A stretch of DNA of 63,876 bases, filler included, from Candidatus Tectimicrobiota bacterium (GCA_016193065.1; 7 parts of 7 records of this genome joined end to end with filler, not necessarily neighbours in it), one strand, 5' to 3'; counted from the first letter of the whole stretch, positions 21,552 to 31,953 are shown. The notes: generated by a model from the sequence alone, not told the origin. Translations and numbers: made by a program.

Positions 21552-23359
21552 GCGAGCCCTTGCACTCCGAAGACGAGATCCTGGGAAAGGCGTACGACGC
21601 CCGCCTCATGGGGCGGATTCTCCAGTACCTGAAGCCGTACTGGAAGTCCATGACCCTCTCCCTGGTATTCCTGATCCTCTACACGGGAAGCCAGCTCCTG
21701 GGCCCCTACATCACGAAGATCGCCATCGACCGCTACATCGCCACGAAAAACTTGCACGGCCTCGATCTGATGGCCCTGGCCTACCTGGGCAGCGTCTTTC
21801 TCGGTTTCGTGTTTCTCTTTGCCCAGACCTACATGACGGAATACACGGGCCAGCGGGCCATGCACGACCTGAGGACCCAGATCTTCGCCCACCTGCAGAA
21901 GCAGGATCTGGCCTACTTCGACCGCAACCCGGTCGGGCGCCTCATGACCCGAACGATCAACGACGTGGAAACACTCCAGGAGCTGTTCAGCACCGGAGTC
22001 GTGGGACTGCTGGGGGACGCCTTCATCGTATTCGGCATTGCCGGGGCCATGCTGTTCCTGAACTGGAAGCTGGCCCTGGTGACCCTCACCGCATTCCCGC
22101 TCATCCTCTACATCAGCCGCTTTTACCGGCGCCGGGCCCGGGACGTGTACCGGGAAAGTCGTCTGGTCCTGGCCCGGCTCAATGCGAACCTGCAGGAGAA
22201 CATTGCCGGGATGGGTACAATCCAGTCCTTCGGACAGGAGCAGAAGACCTACGAACGGTTCCAGAAAATCAACACGGATTACCGGGACGTGCTGGTCCGC
22301 AGCATCCACTACAACGCCATGTTCTTTCCCATCGTGGAAATCTTCAGCGCTCTGACCATCGGCATCACCCTCTGGTACGGCGGAAGCCTCATCCTGAACC
22401 ACGCCCTCCTGCCCGGAGTCGTCGTTGCCTTCGTCCAGTACATCCAGCGCATGTACCATCCGATCCGGGACATTGCGGAAAAGTACAACATCATGCAGGC
22501 GGCCATGGCCTCTTCCGAGCGGATCTTCACCTTGCTGGACACCCAGGAAACCGTCAAGAACCCGCCGGTCCCCAGGCACCCGAAGCAGCTCCAGGGAGCC
22601 GTGGAGTTCAAAAACGTGTGGCTTTCCTATCACCCCGGCGAGCCCGTCCTCAAGGGGATCTCCTTCCGGGTGGACCCCGGCGAGAAGATCGCCCTGGTGG
22701 GAGCCACAGGAGGCGGGAAGACCTCGATGATCTCCGCCCTGTGCCGCTTCTACGATGTCGAGCGCGGCGCTATCCTGGTGGACGGCGTAGACGTGCGGGA
22801 ATGGAACAAGCAGGCGCTGCGGCAGCACCTGGGCCTCGTCTTGCAGGACGTGTTCCTGTTCTCCGGCGACATCGCCACCAACATTACCCTGGGGGACCCG
22901 CGCATCAGCGAGCCCAGGATGATGGAAGCCTCCCGGCGGGTCCACATCGCCCCTTTCATCGAGCGGCTGCCAGCCCGCTACCAGGAAGAGGTTCAGGAGC
23001 GCGGGGCGACCCTCTCCCAGGGACAGCGCCAACTTCTCTCTTTTGCCCGAGTTCTGGCCTTCGATCCGAAAATCCTCATTTTGGATGAGGCCACGAGCTC
23101 CGTGGACACCCAGACCGAGATCCTCATCCAGGAAGCTCTCCAGGAGCTCCTCAAAGACCGCACCGCGATCATCATCGCCCACCGCCTGTCCACCATCAAG
23201 AACGTGAACCGCATTCTGGTGATCCACAAGGGGAAAATCCGGGAGGAGGGCAGTCACCAGGAACTGCTGGCCCGCCAGGGGCTCTACTCCCGCCTCTACG
23301 AGCTTCAGTACCGGGCCCAGGAAAACGGCGGCAACGGCGCCGCGGCCACCGTCTCATAA
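21548..23359 (+). CDS. ABC exporter permease/ATPase, MdlB-like heterodimer partner
   Basis: EDEILGKAYD N-terminus; GATGGGKT; LSQGQRQ; ILDEATSSVD; ATGA overlap. Confidence 0.92.
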   Translation: MSEPLHSEDEILGKAYDARLMGRILQYLKPYWKSMTLSLVFLILYTGSQLLGPYITKIAIDRYIATKNLHGLDLMALAYLGSVFLGFVFLFAQTYMTEYTGQRAMHDLRTQIFAHLQKQDLAYFDRNPVGRLMTRTINDVETLQELFSTGVVGLLGDAFIVFGIAGAMLFLNWKLALVTLTAFPLILYISRFYRRRARDVYRESRLVLARLNANLQENIAGMGTIQSFGQEQKTYERFQKINTDYRDVLVRSIHYNAMFFPIVEIFSALTIGITLWYGGSLILNHALLPGVVVAFVQYIQRMYHPIRDIAEKYNIMQAAMASSERIFTLLDTQETVKNPPVPRHPKQLQGAVEFKNVWLSYHPGEPVLKGISFRVDPGEKIALVGATGGGKTSMISALCRFYDVERGAILVDGVDVREWNKQALRQHLGLVLQDVFLFSGDIATNITLGDPRISEPRMMEASRRVHIAPFIERLPARYQEEVQERGATLSQGQRQLLSFARVLAFDPKILILDEATSSVDTQTEILIQEALQELLKDRTAIIIAHRLSTIKNVNRILVIHKGKIREEGSHQELLARQGLYSRLYELQYRAQENGGNGAAATVS

Positions 23360-23592
23360 CCCCTACTTCCCTGCTCCAAGGACAGATCCTAGTTTCCAAC
23401 CCGTAAGGAAAGCCAAATCATCAGCCGCTTGTGGCATAATAACCTCCGNNNNNNNNNNNNNNNNNNNNNNNNNNNNNNNNNNNNNNNNNNNNTTAATTAA
23501 TTAANNNNNNNNNNNNNNNNNNNNNNNNNNNNNNNNNNNNNNNNNNNNCCTTCACGGGGATTTGAAAAACCGGTCTGGGGGCCGGAAGCGGC

Positions 23593-23621
23593 ATTATAGG
23601 AAAAGTCCGGCCCCCTGGCAA
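23593..23621 (-). promoter_or_regulatory. sigma70 promoter for a gene beyond the contig edge
   Basis: TTGCCA-17 nt-TATAAT on minus strand. Confidence 0.65.
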
Positions 23622-23746
23622 ATATTTTTCCCCGGGGTTGACCCCGATCCAAAGGACCCAAGAGCAGACCGGAAACTTGGCATCCATCCTTGGCCTGGGG
23701 GCGGATACTGCCAATGAGATCATAGCATGGAAATTTTGGATCGGGG

Positions 23747-23776
23747 TTGACTCCCCGGCCGGGATCCCCCCATAAT
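23747..23776 (+). promoter_or_regulatory. Putative sigma70 promoter of selB
   Basis: TTGACT-18 nt-CATAAT, 31 nt before the GTG start. Confidence 0.5.
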
Positions 23777-23807
23777 CCGGTCGGGTTCACTGACGAAAGG
23801 AAGAACT

Positions 23808-25727
23808 GTGAAGCAGGTCATCCTGGGCACCGCAGGCCACATTGATCACGGCAAAACCTCGCTGATCAAGGCCCTGACGGGAATCGATACGGATCGCCTC
23901 AAGGAAGAGAAAGAGCGAGGAATCACGATTGATCTGGGCTTTGCCTTTATGGACCTGCCCGGGGGAGTTCAACTGGGGATCGTCGATGTCCCCGGCCACG
24001 AGCGCTTCGTGAAGAACATGCTGGCAGGTGTCGGGGGAATCGACTTCGTCCTCCTGGTCATTGCGGCCGATGAAGGGGTGATGCCCCAGACCCGGGAGCA
24101 TCTGGCCATCTGCGAGCTCCTGCGGATCAAGGACGGACTGGTGGCGCTCACGAAAACCGACATGGTGGAGGAGAGCTGGCTCGATTTGGTCCGGGAGGAC
24201 GTGAGCTTGTTTCTGGAGAAGACCTTCCTGGCGGGAAAGCCCATTGTCCCGGTGTCGTCCAGGACGGGGCAGGGGCTCGAGGATCTGAAGGTCGAGATGG
24301 CCCGGATTGCAGCCAAGGTCCAGGAGAGGGAAGCCGCGGGGCCTTGCCGTCTCCCCATTGACCGGGTCTTCACCATGCGGGGGTTCGGAACCGTCGTTAC
24401 GGGGACAATGACGGCAGGCTCCGTGAATCTCGGAGAAGTCGTGGAGATCCTGCCGAAGGGGATTCAGGCCAAGGTCCGGGGACTGCAGGTTCACAACCGC
24501 TCCGTGGAGGTGGCTTCCGCCGGGCAGCGCGTGGCCGTGAACCTGCAAGGGATTGAGAAGGAGGAGTTGGAGAGGGGAGACGTTCTGGTGAGCCCCGGCT
24601 CCATGATCCCCGCTTCCATCCTGGAATCCCGGTTCTCACTTCTCGGCAGCAGCCCGCACCCCCTGAAAAACCGCAGCAGGGTCCGCTTTCACCTGGGGGC
24701 GAGCGAGCTGATTGCCCGCGTGGTCCTGCTCGACACGGGTGAACTGGCCCCTGGCTCCGAGGGCTTCGTGCGGATTCATCTGGAGGGTCAGGCCGTGGCC
24801 CGACCCGGGGACCGCTATGTGATTCGCAGCTTCTCTCCCGTGGAGACCATCGGGGGCGGGGAAATCCTGGCCCTGGGCGCCGGCCGCAGGCGCCGTTCCT
24901 CTCCGGAGCTTCTCAGCGAAATGGAGGTCCTGCGCGCCGGAAGCAATCGGGAGCGGCTGCGGATCTACCTGCGGCAGGCAGGTCCCAACGGTCTTGCTCT
25001 TACGGAAATCGGAGCCCGGACCCCGTTTCATGGTCCCGCACTGCAGGCGCTCCTCGGAGAGCTTCAAGGTGCAGGGGAAATTCGGATCCTGGAGGACGCG
25101 GGGAGGCGCGTCCTGGAGAGCGGCGTGTGCGGGACAATTTCCGCGCAGATCCTGACCCGGGTCGAAGACTATCACCGGCTGGCCCCGCTGAAACCGGGAA
25201 TCCCGAAAGGTGAGCTTCGCACCCGGTTCCCCCAACTGGAGGACCGAATCTTTCTCTGGTTTCTCGATTCCCTGGGCAGAGAGGGGAAGCTGGTGGTGGA
25301 AAGGGAAATTGTCCGGCTCCCCTCGCACCGGGTGACCCTGGCCGATGACCTGCAGCAGGTGAAAGAGCGGATCGAAGAGGCTTTCCGGAAAGGGGGAGTG
25401 CAGCCTCCGAATCTGGAAGAGGTGTATCAGACCCTGGGGCTCAAGCATCCTCGGGAGCGGGAACTCGTGAACGTCCTGGTCAACGAGAAGCGGCTGGTCC
25501 GGGTCAAGGAGCAAATCATCTTTCACAGCGAAGCGCTGCAGAGAGCCGAAGAGGCTCTGCTCGCGTATCTGAAAGAGCACCGGGAAATCACCGCAGCCCA
25601 GTTCCGCGACCTCCTGAACATTTCCCGCAAGCATGCCATCCCCTTGCTCGAATACTTCGACAACCGGCGCATCACCATGCGGGTTGGGGACAGCCGGGTC
25701 CTGCTCGGTAAGGGAAAGTCAGCGTAG
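23808..25727 (+). CDS. selB: Selenocysteine-specific elongation factor SelB
   Basis: [37 protein letters not shown]-terminal winged helix [13 protein letters not shown]. Confidence 0.97.
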   Translation: MKQVILGTAGHIDHGKTSLIKALTGIDTDRLKEEKERGITIDLGFAFMDLPGGVQLGIVDVPGHERFVKNMLAGVGGIDFVLLVIAADEGVMPQTREHLAICELLRIKDGLVALTKTDMVEESWLDLVREDVSLFLEKTFLAGKPIVPVSSRTGQGLEDLKVEMARIAAKVQEREAAGPCRLPIDRVFTMRGFGTVVTGTMTAGSVNLGEVVEILPKGIQAKVRGLQVHNRSVEVASAGQRVAVNLQGIEKEELERGDVLVSPGSMIPASILESRFSLLGSSPHPLKNRSRVRFHLGASELIARVVLLDTGELAPGSEGFVRIHLEGQAVARPGDRYVIRSFSPVETIGGGEILALGAGRRRRSSPELLSEMEVLRAGSNRERLRIYLRQAGPNGLALTEIGARTPFHGPALQALLGELQGAGEIRILEDAGRRVLESGVCGTISAQILTRVEDYHRLAPLKPGIPKGELRTRFPQLEDRIFLWFLDSLGREGKLVVEREIVRLPSHRVTLADDLQQVKERIEEAFRKGGVQPPNLEEVYQTLGLKHPRERELVNVLVNEKRLVRVKEQIIFHSEALQRAEEALLAYLKEHREITAAQFRDLLNISRKHAIPLLEYFDNRRITMRVGDSRVLLGKGKSA

Positions 25728-25754
25728 ACGAAAAAGGCTGTATTGGGGAAGACT

Positions 25755-26033
25755 TCACTTCTTTGATTTAGGTGGTGTGGATTTTCTCGGAGACGGGTTT
25801 ACCTTGGAGGCATCGACCGAGAGGTTGTTTTCCTGATCAAACCTCTGGATACCTAATTTTACTATTGGGACAATAGCGGCGGGTGAAATCTGATCTTCAC
25901 TCGGACCGACGTTAGCTGCCGCTATTCCGAATTCGACGTAGAGTCCCCAAATCCCCTCATGAATTCCCTGCTTTTTGACTAAGGCTTCCACGACTTCTTT
26001 ATGACTGAACACGTATTGTTTAACTTCAGCCAT
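25755..26033 (-). CDS. Small hypothetical protein, third gene of the hicAB operon
   Basis: 92 aa; GGAGG RBS; starts 19 nt after the hicB stop. Confidence 0.75.
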   Translation of the reverse strand: MAEVKQYVFSHKEVVEALVKKQGIHEGIWGLYVEFGIAAANVGPSEDQISPAAIVPIVKLGIQRFDQENNLSVDASKVNPSPRKSTPPKSKK

Positions 26034-26052
26034 TAGGCGCCTCCAATTTAGC

Positions 26053-26586
26053 TTAGTTGCGGACTATTCTCAAATGGGGCGGATTCTTTGAAGACACCCC
26101 CGTCCCTGCCGTTTGACTTATCTTCATGGGTTGCACCAACTTTTGATATTCGACTATCTCTGCTTTAGTCGATATTGACATTACGTAAACGAAGCGTTGA
26201 CTAAATTGTTGAGCCATTCGAATGTATAAGTCTTCTGCTCCCACTCTTGCGGCTACTGCGGTAACAATAAATTGATTTAAGCTCGTGCCATCTCTCTCGG
26301 CCATTCTAATGGCCTGTTGATGAAGGCTGCGAGGCAACCTCAGAGCGATCTTGCCGCTAGCTTGGCTTGTTGAAGGAGGGGGGATCTCATGTCCTTGCTC
26401 TAGTTCGGCCTCTATCCAAGCCTTTGCCACCTCTTCTAGATTTTCAAAGGTTTCATCGGGCGTCTTTCCAACTGCGTAGCAGCCGGGGAATTCCAATATC
26501 TCTGCAGAAAATCCCCCTTCGCTTTCAGGGATGAGAATTCGCGCATAAGGTTCTCTTAGATATTCTTCAGGTGTCTTATCCACCAT
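26053..26586 (-). CDS. hicB: HicB-family antitoxin (HicB fold + RHH) with ~60-aa C-terminal extension
   Basis: GGFSAEILEFPGCYAVGKTPDE; SGKIALRLPRSLH..GTSLNQFI. Confidence 0.88.
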   Translation of the reverse strand: MVDKTPEEYLREPYARILIPESEGGFSAEILEFPGCYAVGKTPDETFENLEEVAKAWIEAELEQGHEIPPPSTSQASGKIALRLPRSLHQQAIRMAERDGTSLNQFIVTAVAARVGAEDLYIRMAQQFSQRFVYVMSISTKAEIVEYQKLVQPMKISQTAGTGVSSKNPPHLRIVRN

Positions 26587-26875
26587 TTTCTTCCTCCTTA
26601 CCCAGAATTTTTTCCCAGGTATCGAGGTCCTGCTCCAGTTGGTTCAAAATATTTCGAGCAGTTGATTTAGGCATCGAACCTGGATGGTTCGGGATGCTAA
26701 GTGAACGAGTTCCTGGAAGCGAACTGACGTACATAGGATGTTTTGTGCTCTTGGGCAGCCTACTTCTTCCTAGCGACTCTGCCAGACTTACCAGTTCCCT
26801 ATTCCTAATGTTCGCTAGACGATTGCGTAATTCCTGTAGCTGCTGCGTGAGTTCGCCGATCTTTTTAAGGTCCAT
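26576..26875 (-). CDS. hicA: Divergent HicA-like toxin
   Basis: ELVSLAESLG..TKHPMY..LSIPNH..KSTARNIL pattern; 11-nt overlap with hicB; start ATG 26875. Confidence 0.68.
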   Translation of the reverse strand: MDLKKIGELTQQLQELRNRLANIRNRELVSLAESLGRSRLPKSTKHPMYVSSLPGTRSLSIPNHPGSMPKSTARNILNQLEQDLDTWEKILGKEEENGG

Positions 26876-27102
26876 GATATCGTATCTGATATCATCTTGC
26901 CATAGAATCGGTCGGGATATCAAGAGACTTTAGGGCTTGCAATAGAAAAATTAAATCATAGGCCAATGTTTATGTAAAGTCCTATGTTGCTTAGAATTAG
27001 GCAGTTCTTCCATTTCATTTCGGCCAGAGAAATGACAAGTCGCGTGGTTGTTATGTAGTTTTTCCAGGTTCCTGATCGAGTATTCCGGAAACGGTGGTGG
27101 CT

Positions 27103-27489
27103 TCACCGCGCTTTATACCGCTCGTTGATGAAGTCGGTTAGCTTCTCAATTTCTTCCCTGCTCAAGGATTTATTCTGTAGTGTCCTGAGCAGCACCGGGA
27201 TTCCTGGAGTCTTGGCGGCGAAAGAAGCCACATCAGGGGGGAGAGCACTCTTCTTATGGGAGACCGCCAGGTCGAACAACCGCTGGCGCTCCTGGGAGCT
27301 TTTGGGGAAGCCGAGGGTGTCAGCGATTCGAGTCAAGGTTTTGGGATCCTGAGGAGGGTGAATTCGTCCGTGTTCAATGTTGCTCAGGTTCGACGGTTGC
27401 ATTTCGATGGCTTCGGCGAAGGCCCGAAGCCCGAATCCTGCCTTGAGACGGGATTCCCTCAGAAACTCTCCAAACCTCTTCGCCGCCAT
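27103..27489 (-). CDS. XRE-family HTH transcriptional regulator
   Basis: FGEFLRESRLKAGFGLRAFAEAIEMQPSNLSNIEHG; GGGAGG RBS before ATG 27489. Confidence 0.87.
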   Translation of the reverse strand: MAAKRFGEFLRESRLKAGFGLRAFAEAIEMQPSNLSNIEHGRIHPPQDPKTLTRIADTLGFPKSSQERQRLFDLAVSHKKSALPPDVASFAAKTPGIPVLLRTLQNKSLSREEIEKLTDFINERYKAR

Positions 27490-27536
27490 GGGAGCCTCCC
27501 TTCTCTGACTGTCCTCCGCCCTTATCCTTGCGTACA

Positions 27537-27586
27537 ATTGTTATATACCACATATAACAATATAAAACTGAAATATCTTGAGTCAA
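27537..27586 (-). promoter_or_regulatory. XRE promoter with overlapping palindromic operator
   Basis: Perfect inverted repeat ATTGTTATAT-N5-ATATAACAAT (27537-27561) overlapping -10 of TTGACT-16-TATATT. Confidence 0.65.
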
Positions 27587-27743
27587 GGGCTCTTGTCTAG
27601 GAGAATAGCCCGTTGGGCAAAGCGGAGCGACATCTCCACCTTTTCGAGGTTCGGCTTACGGTTCAATTGTGCTGTTCGCTCCCTGATACCCTTTGTATTT
27701 CCGAGACCCAAATGTCTTCGAATCCCGTTGCGGAGTCGAACCC

Positions 27744-28421
27744 GTGAATTATCTCAGGCTTCATTCCTGGAACGTGAGCCCCAAAGAGGCAGTTCAGATC
27801 CAGCGCCGTCTCGCTCCTTTGGTCAAAACTTCCGGACGGAAGAAGACCCTCCATACCATCGCGGGGATCGACGTCTCCTATAACCGGAAGGACCCGCTCC
27901 TGCACGCCGGGGTCGTCGTCTTGAGCTGCGAGGATCTGGAAGTGCTGGAGGTGTCCTGCGCTTCCGGCACTGTGACCTTCCCTTACGTTCCAGGTCTTCT
28001 CTCTTTCCGAGAAATCCCCGTGGTCCTGAAAGCCTGGCGCAAGCTCAAAGTCCGCCCCGATTGCATCCTGTGCGACGGCCAGGGCCTGGCCCATCCGAGA
28101 CGCTTCGGCCTGGCCTGCCATCTGGGGCTGGTCTTGGACCTGCCTTCCGTGGGCTGTGCCAAGAGCCGGCTGCTCGGTACGTATGAGGAACCCGGATTTT
28201 CGCGGGGCAGCCGCAGCCCTCTGTGGGACCGCGGCGAGGAAATCGGGGCCGTGCTGCGCACCCAGGACGGCGTTGCCCCTGTTTTTGTGTCCGTGGGGCA
28301 CAAAATCACTCTGGATCGAGCTATCGATCTGGTGCTCTCCACCTGCCGCCGCTACCGCCTGCCGGAGCCCATCCGGGAGGCCCACCGGCGCGTCAACGAG
28401 CGGCGCAGGCTTGAGTTATAA
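27744..28421 (+). CDS. nfi: Endonuclease V (deoxyinosine 3' endonuclease)
   Basis: AGIDVSY, FPYVPGLLSFRE, DGQGLAHPRRFGLACH, YRLPEP; start GTG 27744. Confidence 0.95.
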   Translation: MNYLRLHSWNVSPKEAVQIQRRLAPLVKTSGRKKTLHTIAGIDVSYNRKDPLLHAGVVVLSCEDLEVLEVSCASGTVTFPYVPGLLSFREIPVVLKAWRKLKVRPDCILCDGQGLAHPRRFGLACHLGLVLDLPSVGCAKSRLLGTYEEPGFSRGSRSPLWDRGEEIGAVLRTQDGVAPVFVSVGHKITLDRAIDLVLSTCRRYRLPEPIREAHRRVNERRRLEL

Positions 28422-28517
28422 AAATTTTGAATCAACCTATAAAAAGCCCTTATCGATCGGGAATCCGTATGGTAAATTAGCGCACTCATATAACCCGATC
28501 CTGAAGGGGGGGGTCTG

Positions 28518-29296
28518 ATGAGGGGGAAAATTGGCTTCTGTCTGATCGTTTTCTTGTTGAGTTTCCTGTTTGCGTCGCCGAGTTCTGCTGATACTCCCAA
28601 GGTCCTGCGGGTCTCCGCCATCCCTGATGAAGTTCCCAGCGAGCTGCAGCGCATCTATCAGCCCGTCGCCAAGTATCTGGAGGAGCGCGTCGGAATTCCG
28701 GTGAATTTCGTGCCGGTCACGGACTACGCGGCCACTGTGGAGGGCCTTGTCGCCGGCAAGCTGGATCTGGTCTGGTACGGAGGGTTCACCCACGTTCTGG
28801 CCCGGATCAAGAGCGGCGGCACCTCGTACGCCATTGCCATGCGTCAGGAGGATGCGGAGTTCCACAGCAAGTTCATCGCCAACGTCAACTCGGGGATTAA
28901 TTCCCTGGCCGACTTGAAGGGGAGAAACTTCAGCTTCGGCGGGGTGGTATCTACGTCGCCACGGCCAAGGTGGTGGAGTCGGGCTCCGTGGAGGCCGGGG
29001 CCTTAAACGAGCTTATTTGGGCCAAACTCGTGGAGACCAAGAAAGTGGATACGAGCAAGGTCCGAGTGATCTGGACGACTCCGGCCTACGTGGACTACAA
29101 CTGGACCGTACGGGGGGACCTGGACAAGAACTTGGTCGAGAAGCTGCGCGCGGCTCTTGTGCGCCTCGATTATAAGAATCCCAACGACCGCAAGCTCCTG
29201 GATCTGCATCGCACCAAGCGCTACATCCCCGTGACTTCCGAGTCGATTTTCGAGGGGATCGAGAAGGCGGGCAGATCTTCAGGTCTTATCAAATAG
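28518..29296 (+). pseudogene. PhnD-like (putative selenate) ABC substrate-binding protein, split by an internal deletion/frameshift at ~28958
   Basis: SAIPDE, PVTDYAATVE, LVWYGGFT in the first frame; ATAKVVESG..AGALNE, TPAYVDYNWTVR in the second; the STSGHLMP..GAHD segment is missing. Confidence 0.85.
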
Positions 29297-29312
29297 GAGC
29301 CCGCAGACTTTC

Positions 29313-30143
29313 ATGGCGCCATCGATCGAGATTGAAAACCTGGTCAAAGTGTTTGACGGGCGGGTGGCGGCCCTGGACTCTCTGTCCCTCCAGGTGGAGG
29401 AAGGAGAGAAGGTCGCCTTAATCGGGCCCAGCGGAGCCGGAAAAACCACCCTGTTCCGCCTCCTGAACTGCATCCTGACGCCGACGAGAGGAACCCTGCG
29501 CCTGCAGGGCTGCGATGTTACGCGGCTCTCGGAAAAGTCCCTGCGGGAGCTGCGCGCCCGCATCGGGACCATCTACCAGCAGCACAACCTGGTCCCTCAG
29601 CTCCGGGTCGCTCACAACGTCTTGGCCGGCAAACTAGGGCGGCTGTCGACGGCCCGGGCTCTGTGGAATTTCTGGGACCCGCGCCCCGACGGCGATGTGG
29701 TGCGGGCCCTCACGCAGGTGGGAATTGCCGGAAAATACTGGGAGCGCACCGCGGCTCTGAGCGGGGGGCAGCAGCAGCGGGTCGCCGTGGCCCGGGCCCT
29801 GGTGCAAAACCCGGACATTCTCCTGGCCGATGAGCCGGTCTCCTCCGTCGATCCCGCCCTCGCCCAGGAAATTGTCTCCCTTTTGGCGGACCTGGCCCAG
29901 GAGGGCGGAAAAACTCTGGTCGTGAGCCTGCACAGCGTTGAGCTGGCCCTGGCCCATTTTCCCCGCATTGTGGGGCTGCGGGGCGGGAAGCTCTATTTCG
30001 ATCTTCCTCCGGATCAGATCACAGCCGAACTCCTAAGCGGCCTCTTCACCCGCTGCGAGGCTGAACGCGGAGTTCCTGAAAGGGTTCTCCGTGGCGCCGT
30101 TTCCCCAGTCTTCCCCCTGGATTCTCCCTACGACAAAGCCTAA
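29313..30143 (+). CDS. phnC: PhnC-like ABC ATP-binding protein
   Basis: GPSGAGKTT, LSGGQQQRVAVARAL, ADEPVSSVDP. Confidence 0.88.
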   Translation: MAPSIEIENLVKVFDGRVAALDSLSLQVEEGEKVALIGPSGAGKTTLFRLLNCILTPTRGTLRLQGCDVTRLSEKSLRELRARIGTIYQQHNLVPQLRVAHNVLAGKLGRLSTARALWNFWDPRPDGDVVRALTQVGIAGKYWERTAALSGGQQQRVAVARALVQNPDILLADEPVSSVDPALAQEIVSLLADLAQEGGKTLVVSLHSVELALAHFPRIVGLRGGKLYFDLPPDQITAELLSGLFTRCEAERGVPERVLRGAVSPVFPLDSPYDKA

Positions 30144-30963
30144 GAGCTCCCCTCTCTCTTTCACCGGGTGGTTTGTTCTTGTCGCGGCCCTGGTGGGAAG
30201 CTACCACCTGGCTGAGATCTCCCCCGGCAAGCTTCTTCACACCCAGGGCGGGAGCAGCCTCTGGGGCCTTCTCGCCGAATTTTTCCCGCCGGATCTTTCC
30301 GCGGAGTTTCTTTTGTACTTAATTGTTCCGACGGTAAAGACGATCCAGATTTCTATCATGGGGACCGCTCTCGCCATCTTGATCGGCTTGCCCCTGGGAA
30401 TTCTCGCCACCAGCACTCTCACGTTTGCCGGGATCCTCTTTGAAGGTGGAAGCCTGAGTCGCTCTTCCCGCCGCAGGCTGTGGATGCTTCCCTACCTCTT
30501 GGCCCGGGGAGGGCTCAGCTTGCTGCGTTCGATTCCCGAGATTGTCTGGGGCTTGCTGTTCGTGCGGATTGTGGGGCTGGGGCCCTTTGCCGGCGTTCTT
30601 GCCATTGGACTTGCCTACGGGGGGATGCTGGGAAAGGTGTACGCGGAAATTCTGGAGGGGGTGAAGCAGAGCCCCGTGGAGGCGGTGCGGGCAGTGGGGG
30701 CCCGCAGATTCCCACTGGTGGTGTACGGGCTCTTTCCACAAGCCTTCCCGAACTTTGTGGCCTACAGTTTGTACCGCTGGGAGTGCGCGATCCGCTCCGC
30801 GGCGATCCTGGGTCTCGTGGGTGCCGGCGGGTTGGGACAGGAAATTGAAGTGTCCATGAAGATGCTGAACTATCCCCAAGCTCTGACGATCATCCTGGTC
30901 TCCTTCATTTTGGTGACCCTCGTGGATCGGGTCAGTTCCTGGATCCGGCGCACTTTGCTCTAA
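30091..30963 (+). CDS. phnE: PhnE-like ABC permease
   Basis: LRSIPEIVW, GLGPFAGVLA, YRWECAIRSAAILG; exact start uncertain. Confidence 0.86.
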   Translation: MAPFPQSSPWILPTTKPKSSPLSFTGWFVLVAALVGSYHLAEISPGKLLHTQGGSSLWGLLAEFFPPDLSAEFLLYLIVPTVKTIQISIMGTALAILIGLPLGILATSTLTFAGILFEGGSLSRSSRRRLWMLPYLLARGGLSLLRSIPEIVWGLLFVRIVGLGPFAGVLAIGLAYGGMLGKVYAEILEGVKQSPVEAVRAVGARRFPLVVYGLFPQAFPNFVAYSLYRWECAIRSAAILGLVGAGGLGQEIEVSMKMLNYPQALTIILVSFILVTLVDRVSSWIRRTLL

Positions 30964-30969
30964 GGAGGT

Positions 30970-31836
30970 TTGCCGTTGACCGCCCCAAATGCTTCTCCCG
31001 TTCAATCGAGGCCCCTGTGGGGGGCCGGCAAGACGGTGGTCCTCCTGGTAGGCGCCGCGATTCTGTGGAGCTACCTGGGAACCGGATCGAACCTCTTGCT
31101 CCCGTTCCAGGCGGACGGGCGCCATCAAGTCGCCCTGTTTTTCAGCCAGCTCTTCCCTCCGAACCTCTCGGCCTCCCTCTTGACGCGTGCGCTCCGGGGG
31201 AGCTTGGAAACGCTGGCCGTCTCCATCATGGGGACTCTCCTGGCGGTCCTTATTGGGTTTCCTTTGGGGGCGCTGTCAGCCTACACGGTGATGGGAAATC
31301 GGCGCTTTTCCGAGGCGGAAGGCTCCTCTGCGGTCGCGCGTCTGTGGCGCCGCTTGATTTACGATGGCTCCACTCTCCTGCTGAACTTCCTGCGCTCGGT
31401 GCCGGAGCTCTTCTGGGCCCTGATCTTTATCGTTGCCGTGGGGCTGGGACCTTTTCCAGGGGTCCTGGCCCTGGGATTTCACACCGGGGGAGTTCTGGGA
31501 AAGCTTTATTCAGAGAGCCTGGAGGCCCTGGATTCTCGACCTCTGGAAGCCCTCCAGGCGACTGGGGCGAGCACGTTGAAAGTTTTTCTTTTCGGCATGG
31601 TTCCCCTGGCGCTTCCCCAGCTCTTGTCCTATACGCTCTATCGCTGGGAGGTGAATATCCGGACCGCCGCGGTTTTGGGCGTCGTCGGCGCGGGGGGATT
31701 GGGCCAGGACATTCTGGTGGCCATGGGGCTCCTGCACTATCAAGACCTGGCGACTTTTCTCATCGCCACGCTCGCCATTGTCATTGCCGTCGATTTTCTT
31801 AGCACTTTTTTGCGCTTGCGCCTGATCCCGTCCTGA
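30970..31836 (+). CDS. phnE: PhnE-like ABC permease, second copy
   Basis: LRSVPELFW, YRWEVNIRTAAVLG; AGGAGG RBS before TTG. Confidence 0.86.
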   Translation: MPLTAPNASPVQSRPLWGAGKTVVLLVGAAILWSYLGTGSNLLLPFQADGRHQVALFFSQLFPPNLSASLLTRALRGSLETLAVSIMGTLLAVLIGFPLGALSAYTVMGNRRFSEAEGSSAVARLWRRLIYDGSTLLLNFLRSVPELFWALIFIVAVGLGPFPGVLALGFHTGGVLGKLYSESLEALDSRPLEALQATGASTLKVFLFGMVPLALPQLLSYTLYRWEVNIRTAAVLGVVGAGGLGQDILVAMGLLHYQDLATFLIATLAIVIAVDFLSTFLRLRLIPS

Positions 31837-31953
31837 ACATCAGGGACCTGCAAAGGAAGGTGCTTTCTTTCCCGTGCGGAACGAGTAAAATCAGGGCGGG
31901 GATTCAGCAGTCCAGCGCAAACGTCTTGTTCCTCAGGAAGGGGGTGACCGGTC

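Noticed and set aside
23432-23448. TGGCAT as a sigma54 -24 box
   Set aside because: No TTGC at the -12 position; at contig edge
23549-23625. Possible tRNA-Sec (TTCAAA on minus strand) beside selB
   Set aside because: No acceptor stem or T-arm; the region is a TTGCCA-17-TATAAT promoter and leader
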